Source: Octopus vulgaris (taxonomy: Eukaryota). From it: DNA of 64,000 nucleotides. Shown here one piece after another: positions 1 through 13,510 of this stretch. The DNA lies in assembly GCA_951406725.2 (NCBI GenBank), contig OX597816.1, positions 30,504,001 through 30,568,000 on the forward strand, given 5' to 3'. Every line of letters begins with the position of its first letter. The first letter of the stretch is position 1. The notes under the pieces are model-generated. The model made no database searches and was not told the origin of the DNA. It was given only the letters and a program-made list of their open reading frames with translations. A program made the position numbers and the translations under genes.

Positions 1-196
1 TCTTGTTGTTCTTCTTCTCTTCTTCTTCTTCTTCTTCTTCTTCTTCTTCTTGTTCTTGTTCTTGTTCTTGTTCTTGTTCTTCTTCTTGTTCTTGTTCTTC
101 TTGTTCTTGTTCTTCTTGTTCTTCTTGTTCTTCTTGTTCTTCTTCTTGTTCTTCTTCTTTTTCTTCTTCTTTTTCTTCTTCTTTTTCTTCTTGTTC

Positions 197-228
<32 letters not shown>

Positions 229-350
229 CTTCTTCTTCTTCTTCTTCTTCTTCTTCTGCTTCTTCTTCTTCTGCTTCTTCTTCTTCCTCTTCTTCCTCCT
301 CCTCCTCCTCCTCTTCTTCTTCTTCTTCTTCGTTTGTTTGTTTGTTTGTT
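1..350. repeat. Compound (TCT)n/(TCTTGT)n/(TGT)n/(CCT)n microsatellite
   Basis: Directly visible tandem trinucleotide and hexanucleotide units; explains ORFs 3..410 and 50..376. Confidence 0.97.
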
Positions 351-1446
351 TCTTCTTTTCCTTTTTGTTCGCGTAATTACGCTCATTTTAATTGTTTTGT
401 TTTTTTGTAGTGACGGCGTTTATCTGATGAAACATTATCTTCAGCTGGATACTGACAACAGTAGCAAAATAAAATTGTGTCCAAAAAATGGCTGTTTTAA
501 CAACTCCCATAGTCTGGTTCAGAATACTAACACCTATTACCAAACACCTGTCGCAAATATTATCCAAAAAGAAATATTTTTCTTTCGGTTGTGCTTGATT
601 AAAATCATAATTTTCGGTGAAGTTGATGACACGTACGCTCGAGGGTCCATTAAGCAACAACGACAACATCGACAACAACATAACATGAACGTAGATCCAG
701 TTCAATGTCGTGTTGGCTAAATAAGCTAAAGAAGATAAAGTATGATATATGTAGAAATAATAAATACTAGAATTCCAAGAAAACGTAAAAAGGGCAAAAC
801 TCTAGGAATGAATATAAATTAGACATTTTGGAAGGCTTAGATATATCAGAACAGAATCTAAATGCATTAGGAAAGTTGAAGAAATAAGGAAGAGTTACAG
901 AGCCAAATTACCATTCTTGGCAGTAAGGAAAAGATAATGATATCCTGAAAAATAACATACCGGATGCCAATGTCATGTTATACTGGAGATTGGTACGTGT
1001 CACAGAAATATTACGTGTTGAATTTAAATGAAAAAAGAAAAAGGAAACCGCAAGAACACTGATAAGTGGGAAAAAATAGACTGGATAGGCGAACAAAAGA
1101 AGTAGAAAGATCTGAGTAAGTTTCAGCAAAACTCATGAAGTATCGCAGTAAATGCATTCATAGGAGTTTCAAAAAATGTGTGAAGGTCTTTGAAGAAATG
1201 AAACAAAATAAAAAGAAGGAAAATATGGTTAAGGGGATAATAATAATAAATAGATATCTACAGCACGAAAGGATATATAAAGAAAACAGAAGATTACATT
1301 TGAAATGAAAGTGTGAGGTACAAAAAAAATAATAAAAGCACGAATAAAATATGTAGTTCAAGCTAGAAGTAAGCCACAAGAATATTTGTAGTTCTGGATA
1401 GAATTTCAAAACATGCACACACGCGCACACACACGCACACACACGC

Positions 1447-1501
<55 letters not shown>

Positions 1502-1603
1502 TTCTTTTTTATTTAAACACTAAGATATTATCTGAGAAAACTTTTGGCTCCTATGCCTTGGATTACATTATCTAGCAGCTCCAACGACCACGAAGATTCC
1601 CTT

Positions 1604-1775
1604 TATACATACATACATACATACATACATACATACATACATACATGCATACATGCATACATGCATACATGCATGCATACATACATACATGCATACATAC
1701 ATACATACATGCATACATACATACATACATACATACATACATACATACATACATACATACATACATAAACACATA
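1604..1775. repeat. (TACA)n microsatellite; a (CA)n tract lies upstream at 1413-1499
   Basis: Visible tandem ATAC units with ATGC variants. Confidence 0.95.
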
Positions 1776-1799
1776 CAAATATCAATGTAGATAAAAAGT

Positions 1800-2005
1800 G
1801 GAAACCTGGCAGAATTGGTCGGCAAAATGCTTAGCACTTTTTCGTCCGTTTTACGTCCGTACTGTGTTCAAATTTGACCCAGGTCGACTTTGCTTTTCAT
1901 CCATTCGGAGTCGATTAAATATCTACCATTTGAGCACTGGGATCGATGAAATCAACTTAACCCCTCCCTCGAACTTGTTGGCTTTTTGCCAAAATTTGAA
2001 ATCAA
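1800..2005 (+). mobile_element. Diverged tRNA-derived SINE, family B (Meta-domain-like core)
   Basis: A box-like tggcagaattgg, B box-like gttcaaatt, core gtcgactttgcttttcatcc; homologous to the 32892-33309 copy. Confidence 0.7.
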
Positions 2006-2070
2006 TATGTGCCTACATATGTATGTGTAATACATATGTGTGTGTGTGATTAGTGTGTGTATGTGTGTGC

Positions 2071-2182
2071 GTGGTAAGAAGTTTGCTTTCCAACCACGTG
2101 GTTCCGGGTTCACTCCCACTGCGTGACATCTTGGGTAAGTGTCTTCTACTATAGCTTCGGGTTAACCAAATTCTTGTGAGTA
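2071..2182 (+). mobile_element. 5' fragment of tRNA-derived SINE, family A (CORE-like)
   Basis: gtggtaagaagtttgc...ccgggttcactcccactgcgtgacatcttgggtaagtgtcttctactatagc matches the head of the 26247-26653 copy. Confidence 0.85.
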
Positions 2183-3031
2183 GTGACGATACAATCAAGT
2201 AAGTGCAATCCACAACCATCGAAATTCACTTCATTACATCTCAAACACATACAAATTGAAAGCCTTTCATGTCCAAGATAGTCGCCTGTCATCACAACGT
2301 GCAACGATGATATATGTGTGTATATATAAATGTATACAATTATGTTTTCTCCTACGCATAACTGCAACAAAAATATATATAAACAATTACATCTTCAATT
2401 CAACAACTCTAATGCCAAAGACCCTGAAGTGACTATATATATAATGGAACTGTGATTACGTATATCAGAAAAGATATGATGATGCTCATTCCTCTGCAAA
2501 GGAAAATGCCTTGAGACAAGGGTAAGATATGCTACGAATTGAAATAAGTAATGCCACCGAATTCATCTAGGATGGACACCGATATCCTGAAACTACATGG
2601 GGTGGTTCTAACAAAACCAGAAACAATATAAAACGGTTAAATTACAGAAAATACTTAGCTTGAAAATACCGTCGATCGGGTGTTTTGGTCAATTCCTAAT
2701 AAACCGTTGTTATGGTGGTGCCTCAGGTCATCTCTAAACAAACTGACCTCTGATAGCAGTAATTACTAACTGGGAGTATAGTCTCCATATGTTTTTCAGT
2801 TTCCAAGACAGAAAGATGCCTTGAAGATATATCTGAGAAGAAAAAGGAAGAGTACTGTTATTATTTTGAATGATAAGGAACGAAGCAAATTGTTTCATTC
2901 CTCTTACGTTTTTAGTGTTGTAAAACTACTAACTTGGGTTGAGAGTTTGTAAATCTTCATGCAAATGTTAAAACATTTTATTGGATGAGATTATATTGAA
3001 AAGAAACGATGCATTGATATGATTCTAGACA

Positions 3032-3333
3032 TTGAGTCCTGAGCTTCTCAAACAGTGCTGGGATTTTTCTCTGTCTAGTTCTGTTGCATTTAGTTTAGCC
3101 CAGTATTTGCCATGAAGTGGCTTTTCTTGTCATCGTTTTATCAAGGTCCCTTGCTGTTCTAGTTTTAGTTTGGATTTCATTTGTTTTATAGCTTTTGTTG
3201 TTTATTCTTCTTCATATTTGTTAGGTAGTATGACTGCTTGTTTGTATTTGTCAGCTTCCTAAAATACTGAAAACAGTTTTTTTTTGTTTTGCTCGTGTTT
3301 TGTGGCTATTTGTATTAGATTTCCTTGCTTCAG
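3032..3333 (-). mobile_element. R4/Dong-like RLE LINE internal fragment
   Basis: Reverse complement aligns with 43561-43800 (KSKLKLEQQ..PLHGKYWAKLN..KSQHCLRSSGL). Confidence 0.8.
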
Positions 3334-4333
3334 AATGACATAACAAAACCCAACATGTTCTTACTCTAAGTCTAAGGAGCGACATCACTTTTCCTATCTC
3401 CTTTACTTTCAGACGAATGTTAAAGACCTGAAATCTTCACAGTAATATAAAACCTATTGCATTATCCGTAACCTTTTCCCTGTATGAAAAAATGACTACA
3501 AAAAGGGGCCTAATATTACATTTTGGTGTACTGAAATGTATGAAACGTTTTGATTTCAATGATACAGTGGGCAAGACCTTTAAGGAGAGCATGGAGTCTT
3601 AATTAGTATACTGTCAAAATTCAATTTGATTTTAGATCCACTGAGATTCATTATCAACGGTTGTATATGTTACTGCTTTCATAACCTCTTGTCTTATATA
3701 TGACACAAAAGTGAACCAGAGTGCTATCTACATTAAATGTATTCCTAGAGTGCAGCTCATAATGTTGAATAATGGTGCTAAACTTTAATCCAAAAGTGAG
3801 ATGCAACTCCATTCTTGATGACGAAAGTTTCAGATGAAATATTCAGATGGAAATCAATATTCATAAGTGAAACTGAAATAAGAAAGGAGAAAATGTAATA
3901 TCAGAAAATATTGAATAATCTTTCTAGATGAGACCACGAGAGAATTTCTATGTGGCAGCTCTCTTTGCTAGACACAGCAACTAAATCTCCCTAAATCCAA
4001 CACCCTTAAACTTAATAAATGATGATAAACAATATACTGTAAAATGCAGTCCTATATATATAAACTTAGATAAACTTAGATATGTTTCGACCAAAGATTG
4101 GTCCAGGCCATGTCTAACTTAATAGCACCACCTGATAGGATTATTCGAATCCTGTTTAAGTCAAGTTTTGTTTAAGTCAAATTTTGTTCAAGTAGTGAGT
4201 TCTTGTTGGGTGAGTTGTATCCAATTATGGGTGACTTATCTGGTATTCTTTGAAGGAATCTATCCAGACTCTGTTTAAAGTTGATGGGATCCTTTTCCAC
4301 TTTGATCTCCCTCGGGACAATGTTAAACAGGGC

Positions 4334-4384
<51 letters not shown>

Positions 4385-4385
<1 letters not shown>

Positions 4386-4738
4386 TAGCACTATGACCCG
4401 GCAACGCCGGGTCATGGTGCTGGTGCATGCATCTACAGCTGCGTGCATGCACACATACACGCGAGTACTGTCCAAATCTCCGACCAATCACATACAGCTA
4501 GCTGGCATTCAATTGACATAGCAAGTTTTGGGCATTTTGATTGGGTTTTGGATAGAAAATTCACAAAAAAGTCACTTCTATTGATTTTTTAATGGCTTTG
4601 CGGGGTGACTGGGGAAATGTAAAGATGGTTTTGAATGACCATAGAAAGTGCGAGCCCTCTAACTGAAAAATTGTGGATTTGTATAAAGGACACACACGCA
4701 GACATTTTCCCGTTTATATATATATATATATATATATA
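4385..4738 (-). mobile_element. Non-autonomous Helitron-like element flanked by (TA)n
   Basis: Minus-strand 3' end CTAG followed by T, with a GC-rich subterminal hairpin (CCCGGC-AAC-GCCGGG). The other end resembles the 5' end of the 55546-55941 Helitron (cagac...tttatatata) but merges into (TA)n, so the 5' TC is not resolved. Confidence 0.65.
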
Positions 4739-7700
4739 CATGTACATACACACGTATACATATATAAACGACATAATCGTAACGGCTGGATCACCTTTGA
4801 ACAAAGATCTTTCAGCCAAAGCCAACCTAAGGTTAAATATCAATTCAACTCTCCATTGAAGGGGAAACCAGTTTAAAATGTTTTAAAAGAAATAGTCGAA
4901 AAAAAATCTACAATTTTTAAGATTATATAGAAGGCTTCTGAATAGAGGAGATTATGGGGGAAACATGGAATTAATTAACCAGTTTATATTACTTATCATC
5001 AATGGATGATAAGTGATCTATTTATTGACAGACACGAGTTAATTGTAAAAACGTTTAATCTAAGTTAGAGGGGAGGATTCATGATTATAAAGTCCGGAAT
5101 TTGATAGCTCGTCGGGCAGTACGTTGTGTTCTTGAGTAGAGCGTTTCGTTTCACGTTGTTCTAGCTAGCTCATTTGAAATGACGACCATCCGAGTGCTGG
5201 TACATCACTTTACTCTTTCTCGCCAATCGTCACACCCTGAATCTTCAGCTGAGTGAAGGATTGGAGGGTCGGGAGGGTATATATGTTTTCTCACAGTTAC
5301 ACGGGTATCTAAAATAATCAGCAAAAGTGTGGCACATACCATCAAGTCATCCTATATTTCTGTGATGATCTTTGCTGTACATATGTTGTTTGACAATATA
5401 TACAAAGAAAAGGGAGGTTTTATAGAGGGCTATTCAGTGTAAAATATAGAATACACATGGCTATAATAAGACTAAAGTAATAAGTGTGGAAAAATAAAGG
5501 AAAGTGTATATGAACAGTCTGGTTGATCAATCGCGGTTACACAAGCACGGAAAAAATCACATATTACATAAAATTGGAAGAGGTTAGAAAACAGAAAAGA
5601 AACGTTTTGCCTCATAAATAAAACATAAAATGATTGCCTGAGAAATAAAACATAACAGGAGAACGAAGACAATGAGATTGAAGGAAAGATGAAGATGTAA
5701 AGATGAATCACAAGAACTAACGAATATAATTTGGCAAAAGTAAAAATAGGCGAAGACAGCCTATAGCTGAATCTGTCAACTACATAGCTTGAGACTATTA
5801 CAAGTTGATATAAAAAGAGTATAAAAGAAGACATGACAGGATAAAGAAAAGACACTGTAGGCGGTTTGGTAGGAAATCGGAATTTAATAGGAATAAAAAT
5901 TCTTATCAATGCCGACTATAAACTGTTATTGTAAATGACTTCTTTGAGCTTCGGCGACTCACCACAGTGAAAAATAACCGCATTATTGACTGATGTACAA
6001 TGTAATGTATGCAAGGACATATATTTTCCTTCTTCCATCTAGGTAATACTTGGAAAGAAGCATTGCCGCGATGTTATAAGGATAATTCACGTGAACTAGA
6101 CAAGATAGATTACTTACACTACTTTCATGGGCTTCGACGGTGAATTGTAGTAGGCTGATGCCAATCTTGTGAGCACAATGCTACCAAACGTTTGATCTTC
6201 AGTGAACTATTCCAATATTTTTATACTGACAGAATGTTTTGCTTGAAAAAAAATTTAAGGAAGGTAAACTTTCGTTATTGTTATTTACTTTTGATGCATA
6301 GAGTCGTTGGTATTGTAGTTGTTGACAGAGGTATTGTTTTTTATTATACATTTTTTTTGCTGGAACATTCTTATTTGTTTAAGTTTCTGCCATTTGTTTG
6401 TATGTTCATGAATATTTTATCTTGCATTTTAAAAATCGTGTTTAGTTTTTATTTTACTTTTTATGCTTCATCTTTTCCAAGGCATAGATCAGGTGAACTT
6501 TTAAATCAATTTTTGCCATAGAGGTTGTGATAGACTGAAATGAAAGAATGTTTTAAAACCGATTATACTAACGCCAGTAGTAATAGACCCCCCAAAGATT
6601 TAATAAGGGTCTAATTTGAAATCTGAATTACACTTGTAAAATATCGTATCTTTTTTCTTTAATTTTCCATTGGTTAGATTTCCCCCCAGCAAATATTCTA
6701 CTTCTGCGTTGTAATTAGTAATCAGTATTTAACTGTTATATAGCACAGCACAGATCATTAACCTAACAGACAATTTATTTTCAGAAAACGATCTTTACAA
6801 TTTGATATCCTCCTCCTCATCATCGTCCCCACTAGACACCCAACACCTTTATCATTATCATCATCATTAAATGATAAAGTAATATTTTGTAATGATACTG
6901 CTTTCCCCCCTCTCTTTTGAATATAAAGTTTGTGTAGTTAAACAGAGGAAGATTTTCTTGTGAATGAACGATGTCAACGTTTTGGTCATAAAATTTGTCT
7001 GTTGCATGCTAACGAGATGGTTCCTAGCTAACTGTAATTAACTTTTATTAAAAGATGACTAAATATTGCTATTATAATCTTGTTCCTTAATAGGAACAGA
7101 TACTTTTTATATTTAGTTAATTATATCAAGCAATTTGTTGAACTGTCCCATAAGGATAATATGCATTATATTTACTAAATCGTAGATGTTGTAGATGTCA
7201 ATCCATAGCCAAATCATATACCTAGAATCAATATTCTCTCAACATCCTCACTCCATCTCACTGCATTTAGATTCTTCAGTGTTGAGTATCGACTTGCTTT
7301 TAAGTAGCTGTAATAATGTAACACTGCTGAGTGTCGTAACATTTGTTATAACATATCTTAATTTTCGTTGCTTGAAAAGTAACCCGAATCTTATTTCGGA
7401 CTTATATTACTAAAGAACACAAACATTCAAGACAAAACGATAAAAGGTTACTTAATCTTGGTATTCTACAATTTTGGATCGAGCAGATTTAGATATTTCT
7501 GGGCCAGATCTGAACAGATAGGTGAATGAACTATGAGATACGTCGATGTTTCTTATCCGTTATTTAAATTGTCCCGTTCCTATACAAAAATGTTCGCACA
7601 ACAAAACCTTAGCTCTGAAATAACCGGGTATACTTCGTTATAAATAACTATCAGAACGTAGAGCTCAAATGTGTAATAAGCGGGAGCAATATATTATACA

Positions 7701-8382
7701 CAAGAGTTTTTGTTAGCTTGTATAGTCATGTGCAAGTCCTTTCAGTTGCCCGGTAAAAGCAAAGTTAAATGGATCCAATATACAGACAGAGAGCTGAGTC
7801 TTCACTCACTTCGTTTACTTATATCAGTTAATTCAGACCTTGATTTAGCCCTTAGTTCTGATTATAACCTTTGTTTGTTGATTGCCATATTTAATTTTAC
7901 TTCATATTAATTAAACAATGACTTCGTAATGCAAAAAGTCATCTTTGGGTATCTGATTTATTTCCAGTGCGGATTTGATTCCTCACAGTATTCTCATACT
8001 GATTTGGGAACTGTAAAACAATTGACCCAAATGAAAATGAAGTACTGACTCATGATAGACAAAATACACTAAAATATTTTTAAAGGGTATTGAACATTAC
8101 TGGATTAAAACATGAAGGTTCCATAGTGTTCTAGAGTTGTTTGATATCTACGAATCAGTGATAATTGTTGCTTAGTCAAAAATCAGCCCTCATTGACTTC
8201 GCCTATGATCAAAAGCTTTCCACCCATGACAATTACATCTTTTACTCCGTTTTATATTTGTCTACTTATTAAATGTCTCATTTATTTTTCAGGATAATGT
8301 AATAGCGTAGTTTGATAAAGAATTAATAGCTACTTCTAACAAGCCAATGCCTTATCATTGGTTCTCTAACTGGATGTTCATA

Positions 8383-9483
8383 CGAGGCGTGGGCTGAAAA
8401 GTTCCTGGCTTTAAGGTTATTGCGAAAGAGCAGAGCTTTTACTTTTGCAGAGAAGTAGGCCAACTATTTAGAAGATAAGCAAAACTCATGATTATGTACA
8501 ATATACCTTTCTTTTTCGCAGATTTAACGCAGCTCCTACAGTGGACCTTTTTTTGTAAGGTAAAGGAGATGGAAGAAGTCTTGAAGGATATCTGCCCATC
8601 TTACGCCACAGCGAAAATCTGATTTCGGACTGGTCATTTCAAGGTCACAGATGAACTCCGCTCAAGACGGCCAACTTCCGCGACCACAGAGGTCAAAGCC
8701 GACGCTGTGCACGTCATGATTGTCTACATCATCCACGATATTCTGAACATGAGAAAGCCTTCTGCAAAATGGGTGCCGAAATGCTTGACTGCAGATTAGA
8801 AGTGCATCAGATTGATGACACAAAAGGCGATTTTGGACTGGTTTGCAACGGGAGAGGCTGATTTTACGGCTTGTTTAGTCGCCATGGATGATACTTTGCA
8901 TCATTATTGTGATCCCCAGACTGAACAGCAATCAATAGCATGGTACCTCAGTGGTTCACTGCGTCCCTAAAAGTTTCGGACCCAAAAATCAGCTTGAAAG
9001 ATTTTGGCCTCAGTATTCTGGGACAAACACAGAGTACTCCTCATAAAACACCTGCTACAGAGTCGCGCCATCAACGCAGAGTACATATCACTGTTGGACG
9101 AGCTATTTGAATCTTTGAAGCTGAAATGCATGGAAATCTGAGCCGTGGTGCACAGTTTTTATTCAGGGCAATGCACCAGCACACACAGCACATGGAACTC
9201 TATGGAATATACGCGACTTTGGCTTCGAATTGGTAGAGCACCCTTCTTATTCTCCTGACTTGGCTCCCTTCGACTTGAAATATTTCAAGGGAGGGAAATG
9301 TCACTCTGATTTGGAAGTGATCGCTGCAACACAGGCCATGTTGGAGGCCCAATTTTCCGAGGTGTTTTTACTGGGCTTAGAAAACCTGAAGGACAGCTGG
9401 AATAAGTGTGTGAATCTGAGAGAGGAATATGTTGAATAAAATAGTAATTAACCCAAAGCTAAGAACTTTTCAGCACATCCTCG
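8383..9483 (+). mobile_element. Degenerate mariner (Tc1/mariner, DD34D) transposon
   Basis: Left end TA|CGAGGCGTGGGCTGAAAAGTTCCTGGCTTT; right end reverse complement CGAGGATGTGCTGAAAAGTTCTTAGCTTT. Internal motifs KWVPKCLT (~8770) and HPSYSPDLAP (ORF 9230..9439); many stops and deletions. Confidence 0.9.
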
Positions 9484-9562
9484 TTTATAAGCGCGAATGT
9501 ACATCCCTAGACAAGGAATAGGCAGATTTGTGAGACATAATTAGAATGATACATGGTATTTA

Positions 9563-10832
9563 CGAGGGGCGTTCAATAAGTAATGCTCCTGACCCACTTG
9601 AAGTTGTTTGATCTAGCTGAAATTTATTTATGTGCATTTATTTATACCTCTATAGATTAGGTGGCGAATTACAGCTCTGAAATAATTGTGGTTTCTGATT
9701 TACAGGTGTTTGGACTGAGTCAAGTGTGAAATGGAGCCTGTTGAGTGTCGAGCAGTGATATGGTTTTTGTATTTGAAAGGACGCACACCACGGGAGACTT
9801 TTGATGAAATGAAAGTAACTTATGGTGATGATGCCCCATCATATGACCTTGTAAAACGCTGGCATTGTGAATTCAAACATGGTCGGAACTCTGTGGAAAC
9901 AGCTCCCAGATCTGGTCGCCCCTTCTGCCGTTGATGAGACGTCTGTCCGTCAAGTTGAGGCTGCCATTTTGGAAGGTCAACGCATAACTATTCGCCAAAT
10001 AGCCCATAAGGTCAAGATTAGTACCGGGTCTGTGGAAACTATCATTCATGACCATTTGCATATGCAAAAGGTGTCTGCCAGATGGATTTCCAGGTTGCTC
10101 ACACCTTTCCAGAAGCAAGAACGCGTTGAGTGCTCGAGGATGAATTTGGAGATGTGCCAAGAAGATGAGTCAAAATTTTTCAAAAGACTGATCACACAGG
10201 ATAAAACCTGGGTCCATCACTATGATCCATAGACCAAAGCCCAGTCAATGCAGTGAAAGCACCGTGACTCACCTCCTCTAAAGAAGGCAAGGGTGCAGCC
10301 CTCCGCTGACAAGGGTATGCTCACAGTCTTCTGGGACCAGGACGGAGTAGTGATGACAGATTTCCTGGCAAAGGGTACCACAATTACAGGAGACTATTAT
10401 GCTTCACGTTTGAGGAAATTAAGAGAAGCTATCAAAATCAAGAGGCGGGGCAAGATCAGCAAAGGCATCCTCCTCCTGCAGGACAACGCTCCGGTCCACA
10501 ACTCGCGTGTCGCCAGATCAGAAGCACAGGCGTGCAGCTATGAACTCCTCCCCTTGCACCCTCTGATTTTCACCTGTTCCCAGCCATGAAGTTGATTTTG
10601 AAAGGAAAGCGTTTCCCAGATGATGCAGCCTTGATTTCTGAAGTCACGTCGTGGTTGGAGGACCAAGCTGGGGTATTCTACAAAAACGGTCTCCAGAGCT
10701 GTATCAAACGGTGGGAGAAATGCATAACTCTGAGTAGTTCCTATGTAGGAAAAGACTAATAACTGTGCCAAGTGTCGTTGCTCTACTGCTATGGGAAGTG
10801 GGTCAGGGGCATTACTTATTGAACGCCCCTCG
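9563..10832 (+). mobile_element. Full-length mariner transposon, ~1270 bp (TIR resembles irritans subfamily)
   Basis: 37-bp TIRs CGAGGGGCGTTCAATAAGTAATGC[T/C]CCTGACCCACTT with one mismatch; TA duplication at 9561-9562 and 10833-10834; transposase remnant inside. Confidence 0.96.
9731..10759 (+). pseudogene. Mariner transposase pseudogene
   Basis: ORF pieces 9731..9934, 9867..10232 and 10293..10589 give the HTH (RSGRP), KVSARWISRLL, ITQDKTWVHHYDP and LLQDNAPVH motifs. Frameshift near 9925, stops at ~10230 and ~10254, and a deletion that removes HPPYSPD just before LAPSDFHLF. Confidence 0.93.
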
Positions 10833-11619
10833 TATTCTGCACCCAGAATTCAATAATACCTAAGTTAACTTTACCTTTCATTATTTCGAGTCCGAGTTAT
10901 ATAAAACATCAGTCAAAGGAGATGAACTGGTGGAAATGTAAGAGCGTTAAACGGTATTGCACGGGATTCCTATTCGAGTTGTTTGTAATGTGGGTTAATT
11001 CAAAAAAATTCTTAGGGATGAAAATCCTACTAACGGCAATTTCGTCACTGAAAGAATACACTCGAAGGAGTAACATGAGAGACTGTGGTACCATCTTGTT
11101 CTGTAATCAGATAGAACACAGTCAAGTCTTTGAAGACAAAGAAGTGTGGGAATAGAATCTTTCTCAACACTTATCAATGTAGCGAATGAGTGCAGACTTC
11201 CAAAGACCTTGGAAACATCCTTCACAACAAGGAAACACAAATGATGACGACAGCAACATCTGAGTTCCTGGATACATTTCTCTCTGTCTGAAACATGGTC
11301 ATTTCTAATACTCCGAACGAAGTAGCATAGCATTTATAACATATAGCCAATAATAAAATTTTATAGAAAGGAAGTATAATATCAATTGCCAAAAGGAGTA
11401 AAGAATTTAACACTTCGTGCCTTTTTCTCTCCTGGGAATGAGAAGGATAGAGCGAAAATGTTGCATTACCGTTTGGCTGTTTTAGGACAGCAAACTTAAT
11501 TATCTAACCGTTCATATACCAGGGGTACGTATGGAAGTTCCATCAAGAACTCCTTTAACTTATCCACGACCCCCGATACATATCAGATGGGTAATTCGAA
11601 CTTACTGTTACAAACAATA

Positions 11620-12008
11620 TATTTATTTCTTCATTGCCCACAAGAGGCTAAATATAGAGGGGACAAACAAGGACAGACAAAGGGATTAAGTCGATTACAT
11701 CGACCCCAGTGCGTAACTGGTACTTATTTAATCGACTCCAAAAGGATGAGAGTCAAAGTCGACCTTAGTGGAATTTGAACCCAGAACGTATCAACAGACG
11801 AAATACCTATTTCTTTACTACCCACAAGGGGCTAAACACAGAGGAGACAAACAAGGACAGACAAAGGGATTAAGTCGATTACATCGACCCCAGTGCGTAA
11901 CTGGTACTTATTTAATCGACTCTGAAATGATGAAAGGCAAAGTCGACCTCGGCGGAATTTGAACTCAGAACGTAGCTGCAGACGAAATACTTCTAAGCAT
12001 TTCGCCCG
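11620..12008 (-). mobile_element. Dimeric tRNA-derived SINE, family B
   Basis: Two tandem ~185-bp units (11620-11805 and 11806-12008); reverse-complement homolog of 32892-33309. Confidence 0.92.
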
Positions 12009-13196
12009 TACATTACATGATAAAATACTTATTTTTGATGAAATCTTTCTTTTGAAAAAAAAAATAAATAAATAAAAGAAGTAAATTTTAACATGCAGAA
12101 CAAATGAAAAATAAATAAATAGATAAATAAAAATAGAAATAACGAAAACAATTTATTAACGACTGCCACAATAACAACAACTAAAACGAAGGACAACGAC
12201 AACAGCAGCAATGTTTGCATAGAGACCTATTTGCAAGCGTAGACATGAGTATCGCCACTGCTGTATTATATTCAAGAGTTTGAGCCAGAACCACACACAA
12301 TTATTTATAAGGGCATGAGCAACGTAGCAATAAAGCAAAATATTACCACCAGCATCACCACATCATTATTACCATCACCCCCGGTGCCGAGGCTGTCGTC
12401 GTCACCGTCGTCGCTGTAAACAGTAATATAACATACAAAAACAACAAGTCATCGGTAGTTTCTTTCTTTTTTTCCTTATTCAATTATTTCTTTCGCAAGT
12501 TCCACAAAAAAAAATAAAATAAAATAAAACTCATTAAAAGTTGAAATTAGGCATTGGCGTCAGGCTGAAGTATTTAGGATCAATAACCGACATTGTTGTT
12601 TGTGAGACGTAGCTGGAATTGTTTGTCTAACAAATAGAAAGACAGAATTAAGTCGCAAGATTTGAAAGACTTTTAAACAGCCCCACCTTGTTTTGCCAAA
12701 AAAAAAAAACTAAACCCCCCCCACCACCACCAAATTATCAGCAAAAAAGAAATTTATATTTATTTAGTTTTGTTAGTTTGTAAATATTTGGTGTTGTTCT
12801 TTGTTCTTTTTCTTACCCTGCCTCAGATCAGTCTTACTCAGCCATATGATCAACTGTATTCGAGTCATCCCCAACTCCATTTTCTTCCCATGTTATAGAA
12901 CTACATTAGAAGTACATTATTATCCAACTGGATAACAATGTAGAACTGCATTATTATTTAGACCTACGTTATTATCCAACTGCTCTTTCTTTCTTTAAGA
13001 TGATAGGACGTGATAGAAGGCAGAGAAATAAGAGGAGTTAGAGTAGATTTGGCTGTTTACTGTTGCCTTGGTTTCGCTTTCTTGTGTACCTAACTCTCGC
13101 CTCCTTGTAATCTTAAGTGTCACCTTAATCCCACCTTCTGTGATGTCCAGTTTTATCTAGGCCCCGTCTCTTTGTAATCTCCACAATTATCTCGGT

Positions 13197-13510
13197 GTGG
13201 AGGCACATGGCCTAGTGGTTAGAGCAGCGGACTCGCGGTCGAGGGATCGCGGGTTCGAATCTCAGACTGGGCGATGTGTGTGTTTATGAGCGAAACACCT
13301 AAGCTCCACGCGGCTTCGGTATAAGGTAATGGCGAACTTCTGCCGAGTTTTTCGCCACAACTTTCTCTCGCTCTTTCCTCTTGCATCTTGCGCCTCACCT
13401 GCGACGGACGGGCATCCCGTCCAAGTGGGGAACCTATACGCCAAGGAAACCGGGAAACCTGCCTTTATGAGCCAAGCGAGACTCGAGAAGGAACAAACAA
13501 CAACAACAAC
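13197..13510 (+). mobile_element. tRNA-derived SINE, family C, with (ACA)n tail
   Basis: A box TGGCCTAGTGG, B box GGTTCGAATC, tail acaaacaacaacaacaac; TSD TATCTCGGT at 13188-13196 and 13511-13519. Confidence 0.92.

Noticed and set aside
3-410. Long Ser/Cys, Phe/Leu, YI, HT, poly-I and poly-N ORFs here and across the window (e.g. 14309-16991, 17338-17749, 58803-59393)
   Set aside because: They are translations of microsatellites that lack stop codons; there is no coding signal.
424-445. CTGATGA motifs at 424, ~27258 and ~34025
   Set aside because: No stem II, GAAA and stem III arrangement downstream.
5460-6100. Possible decayed L1/Tx1 RT (INADYKL); similarly faint LINE-like traces at 830-1400, 45650-46760 and 53760-54060
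   Set aside because: Single short motifs only; boundaries and identity cannot be supported without an HMM or RepeatMasker search.
13197-13275. tRNA-like sequences (also at 21725, 25594 and 26247)
   Set aside because: They continue into SINE or repeat bodies with tails or TSDs and lack a complete acceptor stem, so they are not tRNA genes.
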